NCBI GenBank assembly: GCA_026770705.1
Contig: JANJGN010000001.1
Coordinates: 142,290,001 to 142,354,000, forward strand
Origin: Isurus oxyrinchus
Lineage: Eukaryota
DNA length: 64,000 nt
Direction of reading: 5' to 3'
Shown here: positions 1-12,604 of the stretch, piece after piece
How the letters are laid out: every line of letters starts with the position of its first letter
How positions within the stretch are numbered: position 1 is the first letter of the stretch
Made by a program: the position numbers and the translations under genes
Notes under the pieces: generated by a model
Seen by the model: only the letters and a program-made list of their open reading frames with translations
The model's database searches: none
Told to the model about the DNA's origin: nothing

Positions 1-105
1 GGGAAAAGGCAAGTGGGTGGCAGAAGGTGAATTGCTCTTCAGAGGCCCAGCACAGACGTGATGGGCTGAGTAGCCTCTTTCTGTGTTGTAATCATTCTAT
101 GATTT
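1..105 (+). mobile_element. CR1-type LINE 3' tail fragment
   Basis: gatgggctgagtagcctctttctgtgttgtaatcattctatgatt resembles the other CR1 3' ends in the window. Confidence 0.6.
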
Positions 106-794
106 TATGATATATTCCAGAGCAGGAACCATTGTTAGGATATTCCTTTTGTTCTTTTCTTTATAGTTTGAAATTTCTGTGGAATATTCTTTCCAATAAA
201 ACAAGAAAACTTCCCCTGACATTGTTCAGGGTAAACTGAAACATACAGTGCACCACCAGTGTGATATTATGTGGTGCACACTGAGGGGAGTATTGACTTT
301 GTGTGCAAGTGTAAAATAGGTAACAACGAATTGGGTGTTTACCTTTTACATCGCTCCTGATTTTTATCACCATTGTCTTCACTCAACATAGAAATCAGAA
401 TAGGTGTCAAACAAGTTGTCAACCTGCATTTATATGGCACCTTTCACACTCTCGGGCCACCCCGAGGTGCTCCACAACTATGTCCAAGCTTCCGCTAACA
501 TTTTAATTCCTATGTTCTCCCTGGTGCCCTGGCCAGTGGTGGATTTAGTGTTGGTGGGGCCCTGTGCGCAGCTTCATCTTCATGGCCCCCCTCCCTCGGG
601 ACCGCTTCCCTCTGCTGCCCGGTCTGGGGCTCTGAAGGCCAGCAGATAGTCCCTCCTCAGGAATTGGCCATTGCCACCAGTTGAAAGGAGGCTCAAGAAT
701 GGTAATTGGAAACCAATATTTTTGTCTTTTCTTTCATATGCTTTTCCGTCCCCCTCTCCTGCTGAGGTTGGGAACACTGTAAGCAGTTCTACAT

Positions 795-1144
795 GGGGAG
801 GCAATGGAGTAGTGGTATTGTCGCTGGACTAGTAATCCAGAGACCCCAGGGTAATGCTCTGGGGACCTGGGTTTGAATCCCACCATGGCAGATGGTGGAA
901 TTTGAATTCAGTAAAGATCTGGAATTAAAAGTTTAAGATGACTGTGAAACCATTGTCGATTGCTGTAAAAACCCATCTGGTCCACTAATGTCCTTTAGGG
1001 AAGGAAATCTGCTGTCCTTACCTGGTCTGGCCGACATGTGACTCCAGACTCACAGCAATGTGGTTGACTCTTAAATGCCGTCTGAACGAGGGCAATTAGG
1101 GATAGGCAATAAATGCTGGCCTAACCTGTGACCCTCACATCCAC
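795..1144 (+). mobile_element. tRNA-derived SINE (MetaSINE-like core, LINE-derived tail)
   Basis: A-box-like tggagtagtgg and B-box ggtttgaatccc. Core cactaatgtcctttagggaaggaaatctg. Tail gggcaattagggataggcaataaatgctggcc. Further copies at about 17215-17580, 28575-28935 and 50630-51005. Confidence 0.8.
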
Positions 1145-2929
1145 TGTGAAGCATCTGTTTATTGTTGACTTGAGGATGCTGGGACAGTAATATTGAAGCA
1201 CAGATCTATAAGAGGCACTCTTCCCATTTTATTTTCTAATCAGTGAGCTGCTGCCCTCTTAAGTTGGTTGGAGTTCTAGTAGTCTATACACATTTTTTTT
1301 TTGAATTACTTGTAGATCTCCATAGGCTCACATCATAAGGGGGCAAGTCCTGGACACCAGTGCTAATGTAAAATGCTATAATGCTTCTAATGTCCCATGT
1401 TCTGTACTGCTCTCTTCCCATCCCTGGCAGCCAAGGCACATCATTATTTTGGTGCAGGCATCCCCATCACAAAAGAAGAAATAGTCTTAAATTTTTCAAA
1501 CTGTAAATAACCCAGAGTGTTAGAAATCCACTGTAAATGAGGATTAAGAAGAGCGGCAAAGGCTCTTTATCTTCAGTCAAGTCTTCAGACTTGCACTGGA
1601 TAGCCTTGCACAGGGACTATTTAAAATAGGAGTTTTCGTCTTGGGGAAAAATATCAGCTTTTACAGTGTCTTTGACAATTCTACATCAAAAGTTTGTTTC
1701 AGGAACCCAGGGTCTTGATATCTTAGCAAGAAGCGGTTGTTCAGAGGCATGCCGACTGAATTTCCTTTGAACTAATTTTTTTGAGACTGGATGTAAAATT
1801 ACTGCATTCTTGTTAGTTATATAGAAGAAACAGGAGTTGCATGAATTTGTGTGTCTAATTTGATATTTCTTTACTGCAAAGACCAAGCAACATAACATTT
1901 GAATGGCAAAGCTGGGGATAAGGCTTCCTGCCGGAATTTAGTTCAAGACAATGTGTGTATGAACCAGCACGGCCTTTTGAGGGGGAAGATACTTCTGTTA
2001 TTTTGGCTGGAAGGCAGCCTGAAGAAGAAAAAAATGCATAAAAACTTCCTGTAACTTCTAATGTGAAACCAGGTCCCGTGTTTTGGAGGGGAAAGATGAG
2101 CTGCTGCTGTGTGCTGTTAATAGCTGATTTCTAGGAGAGAAAGGAAAAGCTATTCAGGTTCAACCAGCTGAATACAGGCTTTCACAGATACATGTGCCTT
2201 GAGCTGATTATATTGTCAACCAAAATCAATAAAATGTGTGCTTTCTTTTGAGAATAAAGCAAAAACCATGTTGGGTTAAGTTTGATAAATGAAGCAAAAA
2301 GATCATGACCTCACTTGTACATTTGAGGCTTTTTGATTTGGAAGGCCCCAATATTTGAGGAGGAAACATCAGCCCCACTGTTAACATGACAGTGGCCAGC
2401 AAGAAACAAAATCAAGGGAAGCGTTCCCCACTCTGAAATCTTGAGAATTGACTGCTGCCTGATCATCTTGATGCTGTTACAATTGGAGATCCAAAATTGG
2501 TTGAAAGAGTTTGCACATAAAGGAAAGCTCTGATTTATTTTTCACCCGACAAATCTGTGAAGTGTTTGAACAATGTGAATCCTTGAGAATAAATCTCGAT
2601 CTTGCTGCCCGCAACCAAACCAAAAAATTCAAGGCTTCCCAAAGTGAAAATATTCGGCTTTCCTCGAACGTTGCCTAGAATTGTAAGGCAGTGGGCCCAT
2701 ATTCTGGAGCTTTAAAAGCGTGCTATTTGAGTGCTTAATTTTGAGAGAAAGGAAAGGTACGATCCTCCTCCCCCCCCACAACACTCTTCCTCTACCACCT
2801 CTTCGCACCGGCCACATTAAATTTGCAAATCGCATAATGGTTTGTTTAGTGTCTTGAGAGAAGGGGGGGGGGGGGGGGGGTGGGAAACGACCAGGAGATT
2901 TTGTTTGCATACAGCTGAGCAGATGCTTT

Positions 2930-3270
2930 AATGTCTCAGCTAAAGATGGCACTTCCAACAGCTCAGCACTCCCTCATGATTTTGGGCCCTGCCCCCTGTT
3001 GTTTGGGGACCCAGTGCCACGGCACAGTGTGTTCCATTACAGGTCTGCCCCTGGCTCTGGCCAACATTTATCCCTTAACCAAGGTCACTGAAACAAATGA
3101 TCTTACCCTTTACCAAACCCCACTGTTTGCGGGATCTTGCTTTGTCCAAATTGGTTGCCATGTTTTCCGAAATTACAACAGTGACTACACTTCAAGAAGT
3201 ACTTCATTGGCAATAAAGCAATTTGGGATGTACTGTGAGGTTGTGAGTGGACACATATAAATGCAAGTTC
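2930..3270 (+). mobile_element. Deu-domain-type (SacSINE1-like) SINE fragment with a short GC-rich insert
   Basis: ctggccaacatttatccc ... ctgtttgcgggatcttgc ... acaacagtgactacacttcaa ... atataaatgcaagt, shared with 13980-14425. Confidence 0.65.
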
Positions 3271-4029
3271 ACTTCAATTCAAACGACTTGTGTCCTTCTG
3301 CTTTTGCCTCTGGCAAGCTATTTTGGATCCCGCTGGGAATGGGACGATCCATAAAGATTCATGAGACTCTCTACGTTTGAGATAGGGACATAAAACTTAG
3401 CAATGGAAAGTCACACAGGCTGTGCTGACCTCAAGGGTTTTGTGTTCACTGTCACACAAAGCTCTGTGCTGAGAGTGCTAATTGGTGAAATAAAAATAAC
3501 CACCATGGAGACTGAAGCATCTTTCAGATTCAGCCATGCTGCCAGAGATGATTTGGATTCACAGCAGGAGGAGCTTTCATATCAAAAGACGCTCATTCCA
3601 TTGATGACCTGCTGTGTATCCAACCAGAATTGATGGGGAAAAAAAAAGGAGCTGATAATCCATCTCACAGCAGCAGCTGCCTTACACACAGTCCACCAAA
3701 CTCTCAGAGTAGACCTAGCTCGAGCCAAATAGGTGTTGGGGAAACATTGGATGAACAGCCCAGTTTGATTTCTCCTCAGTCTCTGATGTGGTCTGACAGG
3801 CAGGGAGTTCAATTCCCTCGGGTCCTGGATATTCGATTTCTAGCAGGCTTTTAAAGCTAAAACGGCTGGCAAAAATCACGGACTTTTTTTTATTGCAAAG
3901 ACATAGCTATTCTTATCCCTGTGAGTAAGAATTATGCCAAATGGGGGAAAAAAATGGCCAGTTACAGTTCATTTACCGCATCCATGCCCTGAAATTGCAT
4001 AAAATGGGGAGTAGGATGGGGGCATTTTT

Positions 4030-4490
4030 TGAATTTGTTCTTGAGGTGTGGGAATTACTGGCAAAGTCAACATTTATTATTTATCCCTAATTACCCTGGA
4101 CAAGGTGGTGGTGAGCCATCTTCTTTAACGCTGCAGTCCACGTAATGTATGTATATCCACAGTGCTGTTAGGAAGGGAGCCTCACTTCTTTGACCCTGCG
4201 ACAGTGAAGGATCAGAGATACAGTTCCAAATCAGGATGGTGAGTGGCTTGGAGGGAAACTTGCAGGTGGCGGTGTCCCCATGAGTCTGCTGCCCTTGTCC
4301 TTCTAGGTGGTAGGGGTTGCGGGTTTGGAAGGTGCTGCCGAAGGAGCCTTGGTGAGTTGCTGCAGTGCATCTTGTAAATGGTGCACACACTGCTGCCACT
4401 GTGTGTCCGTGGTGGAGGGAGTGAATGCTTAAAGCAGTGGATGGGGTGCCAATCAAGTGGACTACTTTGTCCTGAACGATGTTGAATTCC
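4030..4490 (-). mobile_element. CR1/L2-clade LINE 3' fragment (family sharing its tail with the 795 SINE)
   Basis: Same sequence as 26340-27070, 32440-34370 and 55605-56110. Encodes an IHSLHH-type ORF2 C-terminus. Confidence 0.75.
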
Positions 4491-5248
4491 AGTTAGGATG
4501 GGTTCATAAATTTCTGGTTCAAGGTGAAAATAAAAAGTGCTTCAGAGGGAAGTGGGTACTTTTGCCCAAAGCTCCACTGTGTTACTATGGCAATTTTTAT
4601 ACTTCCAACCTGGAACATTCAACTGAAGCATTTGTACTGGACCCAGAAAGATCCACATCTGCTGAAAGCAGGCACAGGTTCAGCAGTTGGACCAAAATGG
4701 GGCTTGAAAATCCAAAGGTGATCATTGCCAGGAGGTTAATTATCTCTTCTGTCTGTCCTCTTTACTTATTGAAGAAACACAGTGACTCCGGTGGTGGTAG
4801 AGGGGAAATAAATATATCTCATTTCTGATTTGGGCCTCTGGCTTTTGGACTAAAGGCTAACACAGCCCACATTGACCCCGTCCCTTGGATTTAGAGTAGG
4901 GTTAATGACTGTGCAAAGTGATGTGGTGATGCTCTGCCCTAATGGTGCTGCAGAATTTCTCCATTCTGCCCTTAAGATCCACCTACATCAGGCATGTCCA
5001 AGTCTTGTGTCATCACGGGCATTACAGGGATGTGGCCTGGAATCATAGAGGCCAGGGATAAAATTTTAATTGATGTTCCCATTATGTATCTCCCCCCCAG
5101 CTGCCCCCCCCCAGCAGATCTTGATTTAGGTTTTGTCCAACAGTCTTGGTGCAAACTCCAGATCCAAGAAATGGAAACAGAGTAAACAGGAAAATTAGGA
5201 ATAAGAGCAAACAAGACCTTCCAAACCCATTACCTCCACCATCTAGAA

Positions 5249-5933
5249 CTGGCTTGTCCGACCCGCGCTCCATGGGCCACACCTCTATGTTGCCCGTAGA
5301 GCGTTTGTTGAAAATGCCAGTAGAACAGGGGCATCAGTGAGTTTGAAAACTTCTCCAGGGCGCTGCTCCTCAAATCACAGCCTGTTTCTACCCCCCCCCC
5401 ACCTATTGAACCTATCAGCAGCAAACATGGAACAGAACCCAGGCTATGATTGAAGGAACATCAAACACTGGCAACTCTGGAACACGTGCTTGGCCTTTGC
5501 TCACCACGCTTTCCCCTTGACTTCCAGTGTTTTGGCCCAGCTCCGGCTGTATTCTCCTGGTTCCTCCAGCATTCCCCCAGTTCTCCCCGCGTTCTTCTGG
5601 CTCTGGCCACATTTCTCTGGTTCCCCCCAAGTCCAACCAGTTCTCAGTGCTCCCCTTGATGGACACACGCATTCTGGTGCTGCTACGCTTTAAGCAGTAC
5701 TCCAGGCCACTCTTCCTCTCTCATCACATCTCCCCCGACCCCCACAGACAATTTGGTGAGTGAGGGTAGATAGGTGTGTGAGGGCGGGTGAGTGAATGAG
5801 GGCGGGTGATGGTGGGTGGGTGAGTGAGGGTGGATGGGTGAGTGAGGGCGGGTGGGTGAGTGGGTGAGGGTGGGTATGTGGTTGGCTGAGACAGAGAGAG
5901 TGAGCGTGTGTGTCTGACAGAGAGAGAGCGACT

Positions 5934-5966
<33 letters not shown>

Positions 5967-6729
5967 TGACAGAGAGCAAGAGAGAGGAGAGAGTATATGT
6001 GTGTTTTGTGTGTATGTGTGAGTGAGAGACAGAGACAGAGGGTGAGTGTGTATGTGTGTCTGAGAGAGACAGGGTGAGTATGTGTGTGAAAGAGGGAGGG
6101 TGAATGTTTGTGTGTATTTGTGTGAGAGAGAGAGAGACAGGGTTTGTGTGTGTGTGTGTGTGTGTGTGTATACAGAGAAAGAGGGTGAGTGTGTGTGAGA
6201 GAGAGAGGTGTGTGCGTGTGTGTTTATGAGTGAGACAGAGGGGTAAGTGTGTGTGTGTGTGTCTGTGCACGTGTGTGTGTGTGAGACAGAGGGTGAGTGT
6301 GTTTCTCTGAGAGACAGGGACAGGGGAAGAGTGTGTGTGTGACAGAGAGTTGAGGGGGTTGAGAGGGAGGGAGTCTGGCTCTCTTCCAGTCTCAGGGTTC
6401 TCATTCACCTTCACCCCACACACCAGAAGACACTCTCACCCACTCTCAGTGGTGAGGGTGAGTAAGTGTGAGCTGGACACTCTCATCTTTTCACACTCAA
6501 ATGGTCATCTTAATTTAAAAAATAACGAGTAATAAATAATCAATTTATTGTTGTGGCTTTTTTGATTGCTCAGCAAGTTGTTTCTTTTCCTACGTCTACA
6601 TTCTTTTTTGAAATTCATGTTTCATGTTGTTGCCAAACCTTATCTTTCTGAAAATTGTGCATTGGCCTCCACTGAGTTTGAGAAAAATCGAAATGTGTCC
6701 CCCCCAGCCGAAAAGGTTGAACAAACCTG
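5249..6729. mobile_element. Non-autonomous hAT (Charlie-type) DNA transposon
   Basis: Perfect 8-bp TSD ATCTAGAA at 5241-5248 and 6730-6737, matching the Charlie NTCTAGAN target. Imperfect TIRs ctggcttgtccgaccc / aggttgaacaaacctg. Interrupts a LINE 3' UTR (ccatctagaaggacaaggg). Confidence 0.8.
5755..6480. repeat. Compound GT/GA/GGGTGAGT low-complexity microsatellite inside the hAT element
   Basis: Long (GT)n, (GA)n and gagggtgagt units. Confidence 0.9.
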
Positions 6730-7989
6730 ATCTAGAAGGACAAGGGCAACAGGTACATTGGAATACCAAAATCTGCAGGTTTCACTCCCAACCAGCAAAA
6801 TTTGGAAATATATTACCATTTCTTCATTGTCGCTGAGTGAAAATCCTGGAACACCTTAAGCACTGTGGCTCTACCTTCCTCACATTTAAGGATGTTTAAG
6901 AAAAAGATTCGCCACCAACTTCTCAAGGGCAGCTAGGGATAGGCAATATGCTGAATTTGCCAATAACACTCACATCCCAGGAATGAAAGAAACAGGTTAC
7001 TTGGTTTTTGAGGGCCAGATTGCCAGGGGTCAGGGTGAGTGGGGGGCTCACACATTGGATACCCCTGACCCACATGACCAAACCAAACAGGTTAATGTCG
7101 CTCTGGTAAATTGCAAAAACATTAAACAATCTCAAATGAAAACCATTCATACTAAACGGATGATTCAAACGTTGCATCAAGCAAAAGATTCCAAAGGCTG
7201 TTCTCATCAAACATGGAGCTTTCTGTGCCTGCGTTCAAGATAAATGGAATTTGCACTCATCTGATGAAAGATCTGTATCAGGAGCACTAAAGATGAACAT
7301 TCACCTCATAAAGATTCAGTACCTATCAAGCAGATGAAGCTAGTTTGGCTCGATTCTCAGTTCCGTATAGAATTGATTACAGGGGAAAAATGCAATGCCG
7401 AGAAAGGGAGATGAATTACCTTTTCTGAACTGTGATAGTCAGCAAGAACCAAATACTATGACACACAGATTCATTTTATCCTCGAGCAGTTATTTACTGA
7501 TTGAACTCGACTCATCCTGAAGAACAATTATCAAGTCTACTGCACATGGATACTGATGTATCCCCCTCTAACTGAATATAAACACTGCAGTTTCTCCAAA
7601 AAATACCCCGCAGGTATGTTTAATGAAATCGTGTAATCTGTTTTAAGTGCAGCAAGGATGTTGCTATTATAGGTCCTGCATGTTTTTCTTTGAGAAGATA
7701 GAGTGGCTCCAATTTCCTTTAAACTGTTACCATCATCCTGTAAAGGATAGAATAGTTGGGACCTTTTCTCCCCACACCGCGGGACATTTTTCTGGATTTA
7801 TCTCTTTTGTTTTAAGCCGTTATTGCTCTCTGGATGTACTGATGTGCCACTTTGTCATTTAAACTCAGGGGAAATGACCTGTTGCAGCATTTTGAAGCAA
7901 CCTTATTTTAGCTGGAAGCGTTTCTGTGTTTCTCCAGCGATATGACACAACCCTCTGGCACTCGGCATCAGCATTAGAGTCATCACGAA

Positions 7990-9080
7990 GGAAGAAGAGC
8001 TTTTACAACTTCAGAACATCCCAAAGTGCTTCACCACCAATGCAGCGTTTGTAGGTCCGCCAGTTTTGTAACGCGGGAAAAGCACAGCAGGCAGTTTGCA
8101 CACAGCAAGCTCCCACAAAGAACCTGAGATAAATGGCCAGGTAATCTGTTTCTAGGGGCAGAACTTTCCCCATGACGGGCCCGACCGACTTGGCAGTGGG
8201 CGGGCAGCCAATCGCCACCACCGCCGCCGAAACGGGCCCTGCCGCCATTTTAAGTGGGCGGGGCCAATTAAGGCCTGCCCAGCGTGTCGCCTGATGGGAA
8301 GCACTATTAGCTTCCTGTGTGTGGGGGGGGGGGGGGGGAGAAATTCCCCAACTGCGGGAGTGCGCACATCTCCCTGAGGCTAAGCGCTGCCTCAGGGAGA
8401 TCGCTGAAACTCTGTGAAACTCTCAAAATAGAAAAATTTTAAAAATCATTAACATGTTCCCCCCTCATGTGAAAAATGTCACACGAGATGGGATGCGTTA
8501 GTGAAGAACACGAACACTTTATTAAAAGTTTTTAAACCTGATATCAAACCTCATCCCGCCGCTGGATGAGGTTTGTAAAAAAAAAAAATCACCATTGGGC
8601 CCGTGCGCCGAGCCGAAGTTCGCACAGGCCCCTCAAAATCCAGGTCGACTGGAGAGTTAATGGCCTTAACAAGGCCTTTAATCAATGGGGGACGCACATC
8701 CCGCTGCCTAGCGCGCTCGCTGATCGAAATATCGCGATGTCCGCGAGCTGACAAAATACCGGGACGCTTGCACAACATTTTAAGCAGTGGATGCAGACTT
8801 CGTCACCCACACACCAGCCAGAAGATTCTGCCCTATATGTTGGCTGAGGGAGAAGTGCTAACCTGGATACCATTGAGAATTCCCTGCTTCTCTTCAAGCA
8901 GCGTGATGGGGATCTTTCATGTCCCCTCAAGAGGGCAGGTGGGACATTAGTTTAATACTTCATCCAAAGGACAGCACCTTCAACAGTGCTGCATACCACT
9001 GGAGCGTCAGTCCAGATTATGTGCTTATTCTTGGAAGCTGAAACTGAATCTACAACCCATTGATACAGCGGTAAGAACGA
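7990..9080 (-). mobile_element. Deu-type SINE split by a MITE
   Basis: SINE tail at 7990-8155, resuming at 8834 (atgttggctgaggg ... atggggatcttt ... gacagcacct). Confidence 0.65.
8156..8833. mobile_element. Non-autonomous TIR element (PIF/Harbinger-type MITE)
   Basis: TIRs gggcagaacttt / aagattctgccc. CpG-rich interior. Inserted in a SINE. Confidence 0.7.
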
Positions 9081-10089
9081 TATCAATTGTGCCATGACGG
9101 ACACTTCGCATGATTGTCTCTCTTATGCTCCAACATTGCAGATCTTACAACCGGGATGGGAGCCGTGTGTGAATTATCCAGCCCCACTACTCTGCAGGTC
9201 ATAAAATGAAGGAAAAAGTCCGCAGGGTCTCGACGCTGTTGACCTGGAATTCTCTTGTGCGATGATGGGCTGCTTTCCATGTGATGTCCAGCGAGTTACC
9301 AACCTTCCTTTTCAGTTTTTTTCTCCATCAATTTAAGTGATTATTATTCAAAACAAACAACCAGATCTTCCTCAAGTACCATAAGGGTCAGATGATTTCT
9401 TGGAAGAGGCCTGCTTGCTGACAGTTCCAAGGTGAATTGATGACCTTTTAAACAAAATCCCGCATTAACACCCAAATGTCCAGGTCATGCCATGTCCTTC
9501 GGTTTTGAAAAATTCAGTCTTGAGAGATATGATTCTGAAACATATATAAGGTCCAGTTTCCTTTTCTGCATATCAGCCATTCTGGTGTTTTACCGGAGTA
9601 CAATTGTCAACATTGTTGTAGGGATTTTATGCGGGGAGTTTTGGATACTCGAGGGGAGTTCAGAATGGCCCATGCCAGCCTCAAGTGGGATTCTCACAAG
9701 CATCAAAGAAAAGACATATCCTGTCATCCTGGCTTAACTTTGGTTCTGTGTCCCAGAGGTGACATTGTTGCAAGGTAACCGAGGCTGTGCTGATAATTCT
9801 GGACATGAGTGAAGGTTCTCAGCAATTCTACCTTTAGAGGACATGGCAACAGTATAAACCCTTCACCTCCAACATCATCAGTCACGATGCTGAGCAGGAA
9901 GCTGATTGCTCATCTGAATAAGCTTTGATTGACCATCTCTTTTTGTGGAATCTGCTGAAGTTCATGGGTTAGATTTTGTAATATTATAATGTCTGAACTA
10001 TTTGGCTTCAAGCGGGTGTTTAATATATGTGCAGTAGGACACTAAATGGTAAACTATGTCACGATTAAAGTCATGTTTCACATGACCTT

Positions 10090-10360
10090 CCAGGTTTCAG
10101 CTGAAATGTTAAAAATGAGGCCCTGTCTGCTTTGCAGGCAGGTGTAATAACCCCACGGCACTATTTCAAAGAAAGGTATCCCGCAACCAACATCACTGAA
10201 ACAGATTATCTGGATGTTATCACATTGCTGTTTGTGGGAGCTTGCTGTGTGCAAAATGGAAGCCATGTTTTCTGACCTTACAATAAATATTTCATTGGCT
10301 GTAAAGCTCTTTGGGCTCCTGACTTTGTGGAAGGCACAAACTAAATGCAAACCCTTTCTT
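10090..10360 (+). mobile_element. Deu-type SINE fragment
   Basis: gaggccctgtctgc ... cggcactatttcaaagaa ... ttgctgtttgtgggagcttgctgtgtgcaaaatgg. Confidence 0.65.
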
Positions 10361-11014
10361 TTGTGGGGGAGATGACATCAAAGGGCTTAGTACAAGCAAT
10401 GCGATATATGTCAGAAGGAGCAGATTTCAAAAGGAAAGGAAAGATTTAACTTTCAGAAGGACGCATCAGTCTTCCACTGATTCTGCTTCATAAAAATTAA
10501 GGGTATATGTTGTGAATAAATAACATTTAGGTTCCTTTAGCCTTTGGGTTCCATTTGGAAAAGATTCAGGTTTAAGAGAGTTTTAATGGGTGTCCAATAA
10601 TGTGACCTCTGTTTGCATCCCTCTGTTCAGGCTTCCGTCCCTCTGCCTGTTTCAAACCTGTTCTACTCTAACCTGATAAACAGCATTAGGAAAAAGATTG
10701 AGTGAAGATCAGCATATTTAAATAATATGGTAGAAATATACATTTAAAAAAAGGCAACAATAATAATATTAAACATTTTTGCGTCAGTGCATCTGCCATT
10801 TCATAAACACTGCACAAACCTGCTCGGGCAAAATAGACATTAGAAATTAGTACAAGTGAAAATAAGTGTATGTTTTATGCTTAATAAAAACATTTTGCCT
10901 TGATGAAAGGAGGGTCAGTTTGGTTTGATATGCTCTTGATCCAGAAGCTCTTAATGTTGAAGGGGAGCTGAGTAGACACACGGGATAAACTATGTTAAAT
11001 CTGTGGGATCCTAC

Positions 11015-11181
11015 CTTTGGGAAAAGATGTCTCTGTATGGGCTGCCATGCTGGAGAGCGATGCCATATCCTCGGTCTGCCAGGGTGTTGCCAACAGTGAA
11101 TAAAGAGCAGTCGGGGCTGTTCAGGGCAATGTATTCCAACACTGCCACGTCCCAAACGAAGGCATAATTCCCAGCTTTCAC
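11015..11181 (-). CDS. GRID2: Glutamate receptor ionotropic delta-2(-like), next exon (S2 lobe; equivalent to GRID2 exon 14)
   Basis: Reverse strand reads ctctaactcgcag|GTG AAA GCT GGG AAT TAT ... TCC CAA AG|gtagga = [55 protein letters not shown](R). 167 bp, joins in frame to the 48020-48215 exon. The ORF track misses it (shows another frame). Confidence 0.95.
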
Positions 11182-11459
11182 CTGCGAGTTAGAGAATAGA
11201 TTTCAGTCAAATCCAACGCAGCCTTTGATCTGGCCTTTCTTTTGTATCCATCTTTTGTGAGTGAAACATTTGGGAGAAAAGCGAAGGAAGAGAGAGAAAA
11301 GAGAAAAAAACTTGATTCCATTTGATTGCCATTGCCAAGTTAAGGTCGCACTACAATTATTTCAAGTCGACTTTTTGTGCGTTTATCATGTAAAAATACG
11401 ACTGCATTCCAGAGGATATCATTTGATACTGAGGCTCCAGTTGAATAAGAAAGCTGTGT

Positions 11460-12280
11460 GTTCAGAATTATGAAGGGTTTTGGTAGAGTAAATAGGGAGG
11501 CATTATTTCCAGTGACCAGAGGACACAGATTTAAGATCATTTGCAGTTGTTTTAATGCAGGGAGCTGTTATGATTTGGAATGCGTTACCTGAAGGAACAG
11601 TGGAAGCAGAGCCACCGAGGTTGGATGCAGAGGTGGACGGGGCCTGTAAATACAGGTGCCAACCTGACCCTATTCCTGGCGTTGGCCATTTTAGGGCAAG
11701 AGGGTATGGGTCTCACGAGGCTGGCAGTTGGTTAGGCTCATTGGGAGCCTTGTTGACGACAGTTAAAAATGGTGTGATGGGGGTGGGGAGGTGGAAAGGG
11801 GAGGGCGGTGGGCGGGGGGGGGGCGTGCAGAATACCAGGGAGGTGCCCTCCCAGTTACTTACCCTTTACTGCAGCCTTCTGTTCCTTTGAAGCTGCAAGG
11901 GTTCTGATTGGCCCTCCAATTTCGAGAGCTGCCTGTTGTCCTTAATTAAACCGGGAACCTGTCTCCACGCCGGTTAAGGAGGCACACCATCAAAATCCCA
12001 AAAAGTCATGTTCCCCCTCCCAAGGGCAAATTTGGGATCTGGTACATTCCCAGATCCTGCTCCCCGCCTCCAAAGCAAAAGTTAAGCCCACTATTTCAAA
12101 AAGGAATTGGATAAATACATGGAAAGAACATATGTACAGGATTCTAGGGGAAGAGTGGGACTTAGATGGTGGGGGATGGGGTCGGTGGGATTGGACTAAA
12201 TGAGTGGCTCTTTCAAAGAGATGGCACAAGCACAAAGGGTCACATGGCCTCCTTCTATGCTGTATGAGTCTATGATTCTG
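11460..12280 (+). mobile_element. CR1 3' fragment interrupted by a GC-rich MITE-like insert (about 11610-12090)
   Basis: attatgaagggttttggtagagtaaatagggag ... then tttcaaaaaggaattggataaatac ... atggcctccttctatgctgtatgagtctatgatt. Confidence 0.55.
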
Positions 12281-12503
12281 CAAACAGCTTGCACTTATCC
12301 ATCACCATTAACATATTAAAATCTTCCCAAGGTGCTTTCTAGAGGTAGAGAAGGAGGAACAAGAAGTTTGGGTGGGGGGAGGAGGCACAAATGGAAATCA
12401 GTAACTACCCATACATCCACCGTTCATCCCATCAATAAGTGACACCTATTCATGTCAACGTGAGGTATATAATTCACACTAATTTTCTGCAGCACACACG
12501 CAC

Positions 12504-12604
12504 AATGAAAATCTGTCTGTTGATAAACCAGGAGCAATTCCTATTTCAAATAGGAATGAAAATCTGTCTGTTGATAAACCAGGAGCAATTCCTATTTCAA
12601 ATAG
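12504..12604. repeat. Perfect 50-bp tandem duplication with a 1-nt spacer
   Basis: aatgaaaatctgtctgttgataaaccaggagcaattcctatttcaaatag at 12504-12553 and 12555-12604. Confidence 0.95.

Noticed and set aside
795-885. tRNA genes at SINE heads
   Set aside because: A/B boxes are present, but there is no complete cloverleaf and each continues into a SINE body.
2863-2880. Poly-G runs (also about 8323-8338) as functional G-quadruplexes
   Set aside because: Simple homopolymers of uncertain assembled length, with no supporting context.
5683-6423. 246-aa and 226-aa His/Thr/Leu/Ser-rich ORFs
   Set aside because: These are translations of the (CA)/(CT) microsatellite, with no coding signal.
9083-9280. 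CpG-containing stretch as a possible extra exon
   Set aside because: No minus-strand frame resembles GluD or another recognisable protein.
1-11014. Next GRID2 exon (ILELQQ..KWWP..M4) and, in 48216-64000, the preceding SYTANLAAF exon
   Set aside because: No matching sequence was found by eye or in the ORF track. They presumably lie outside the window.
10847-11155. 102-aa minus-strand ORF
   Set aside because: Wrong frame over the true GRID2 exon.
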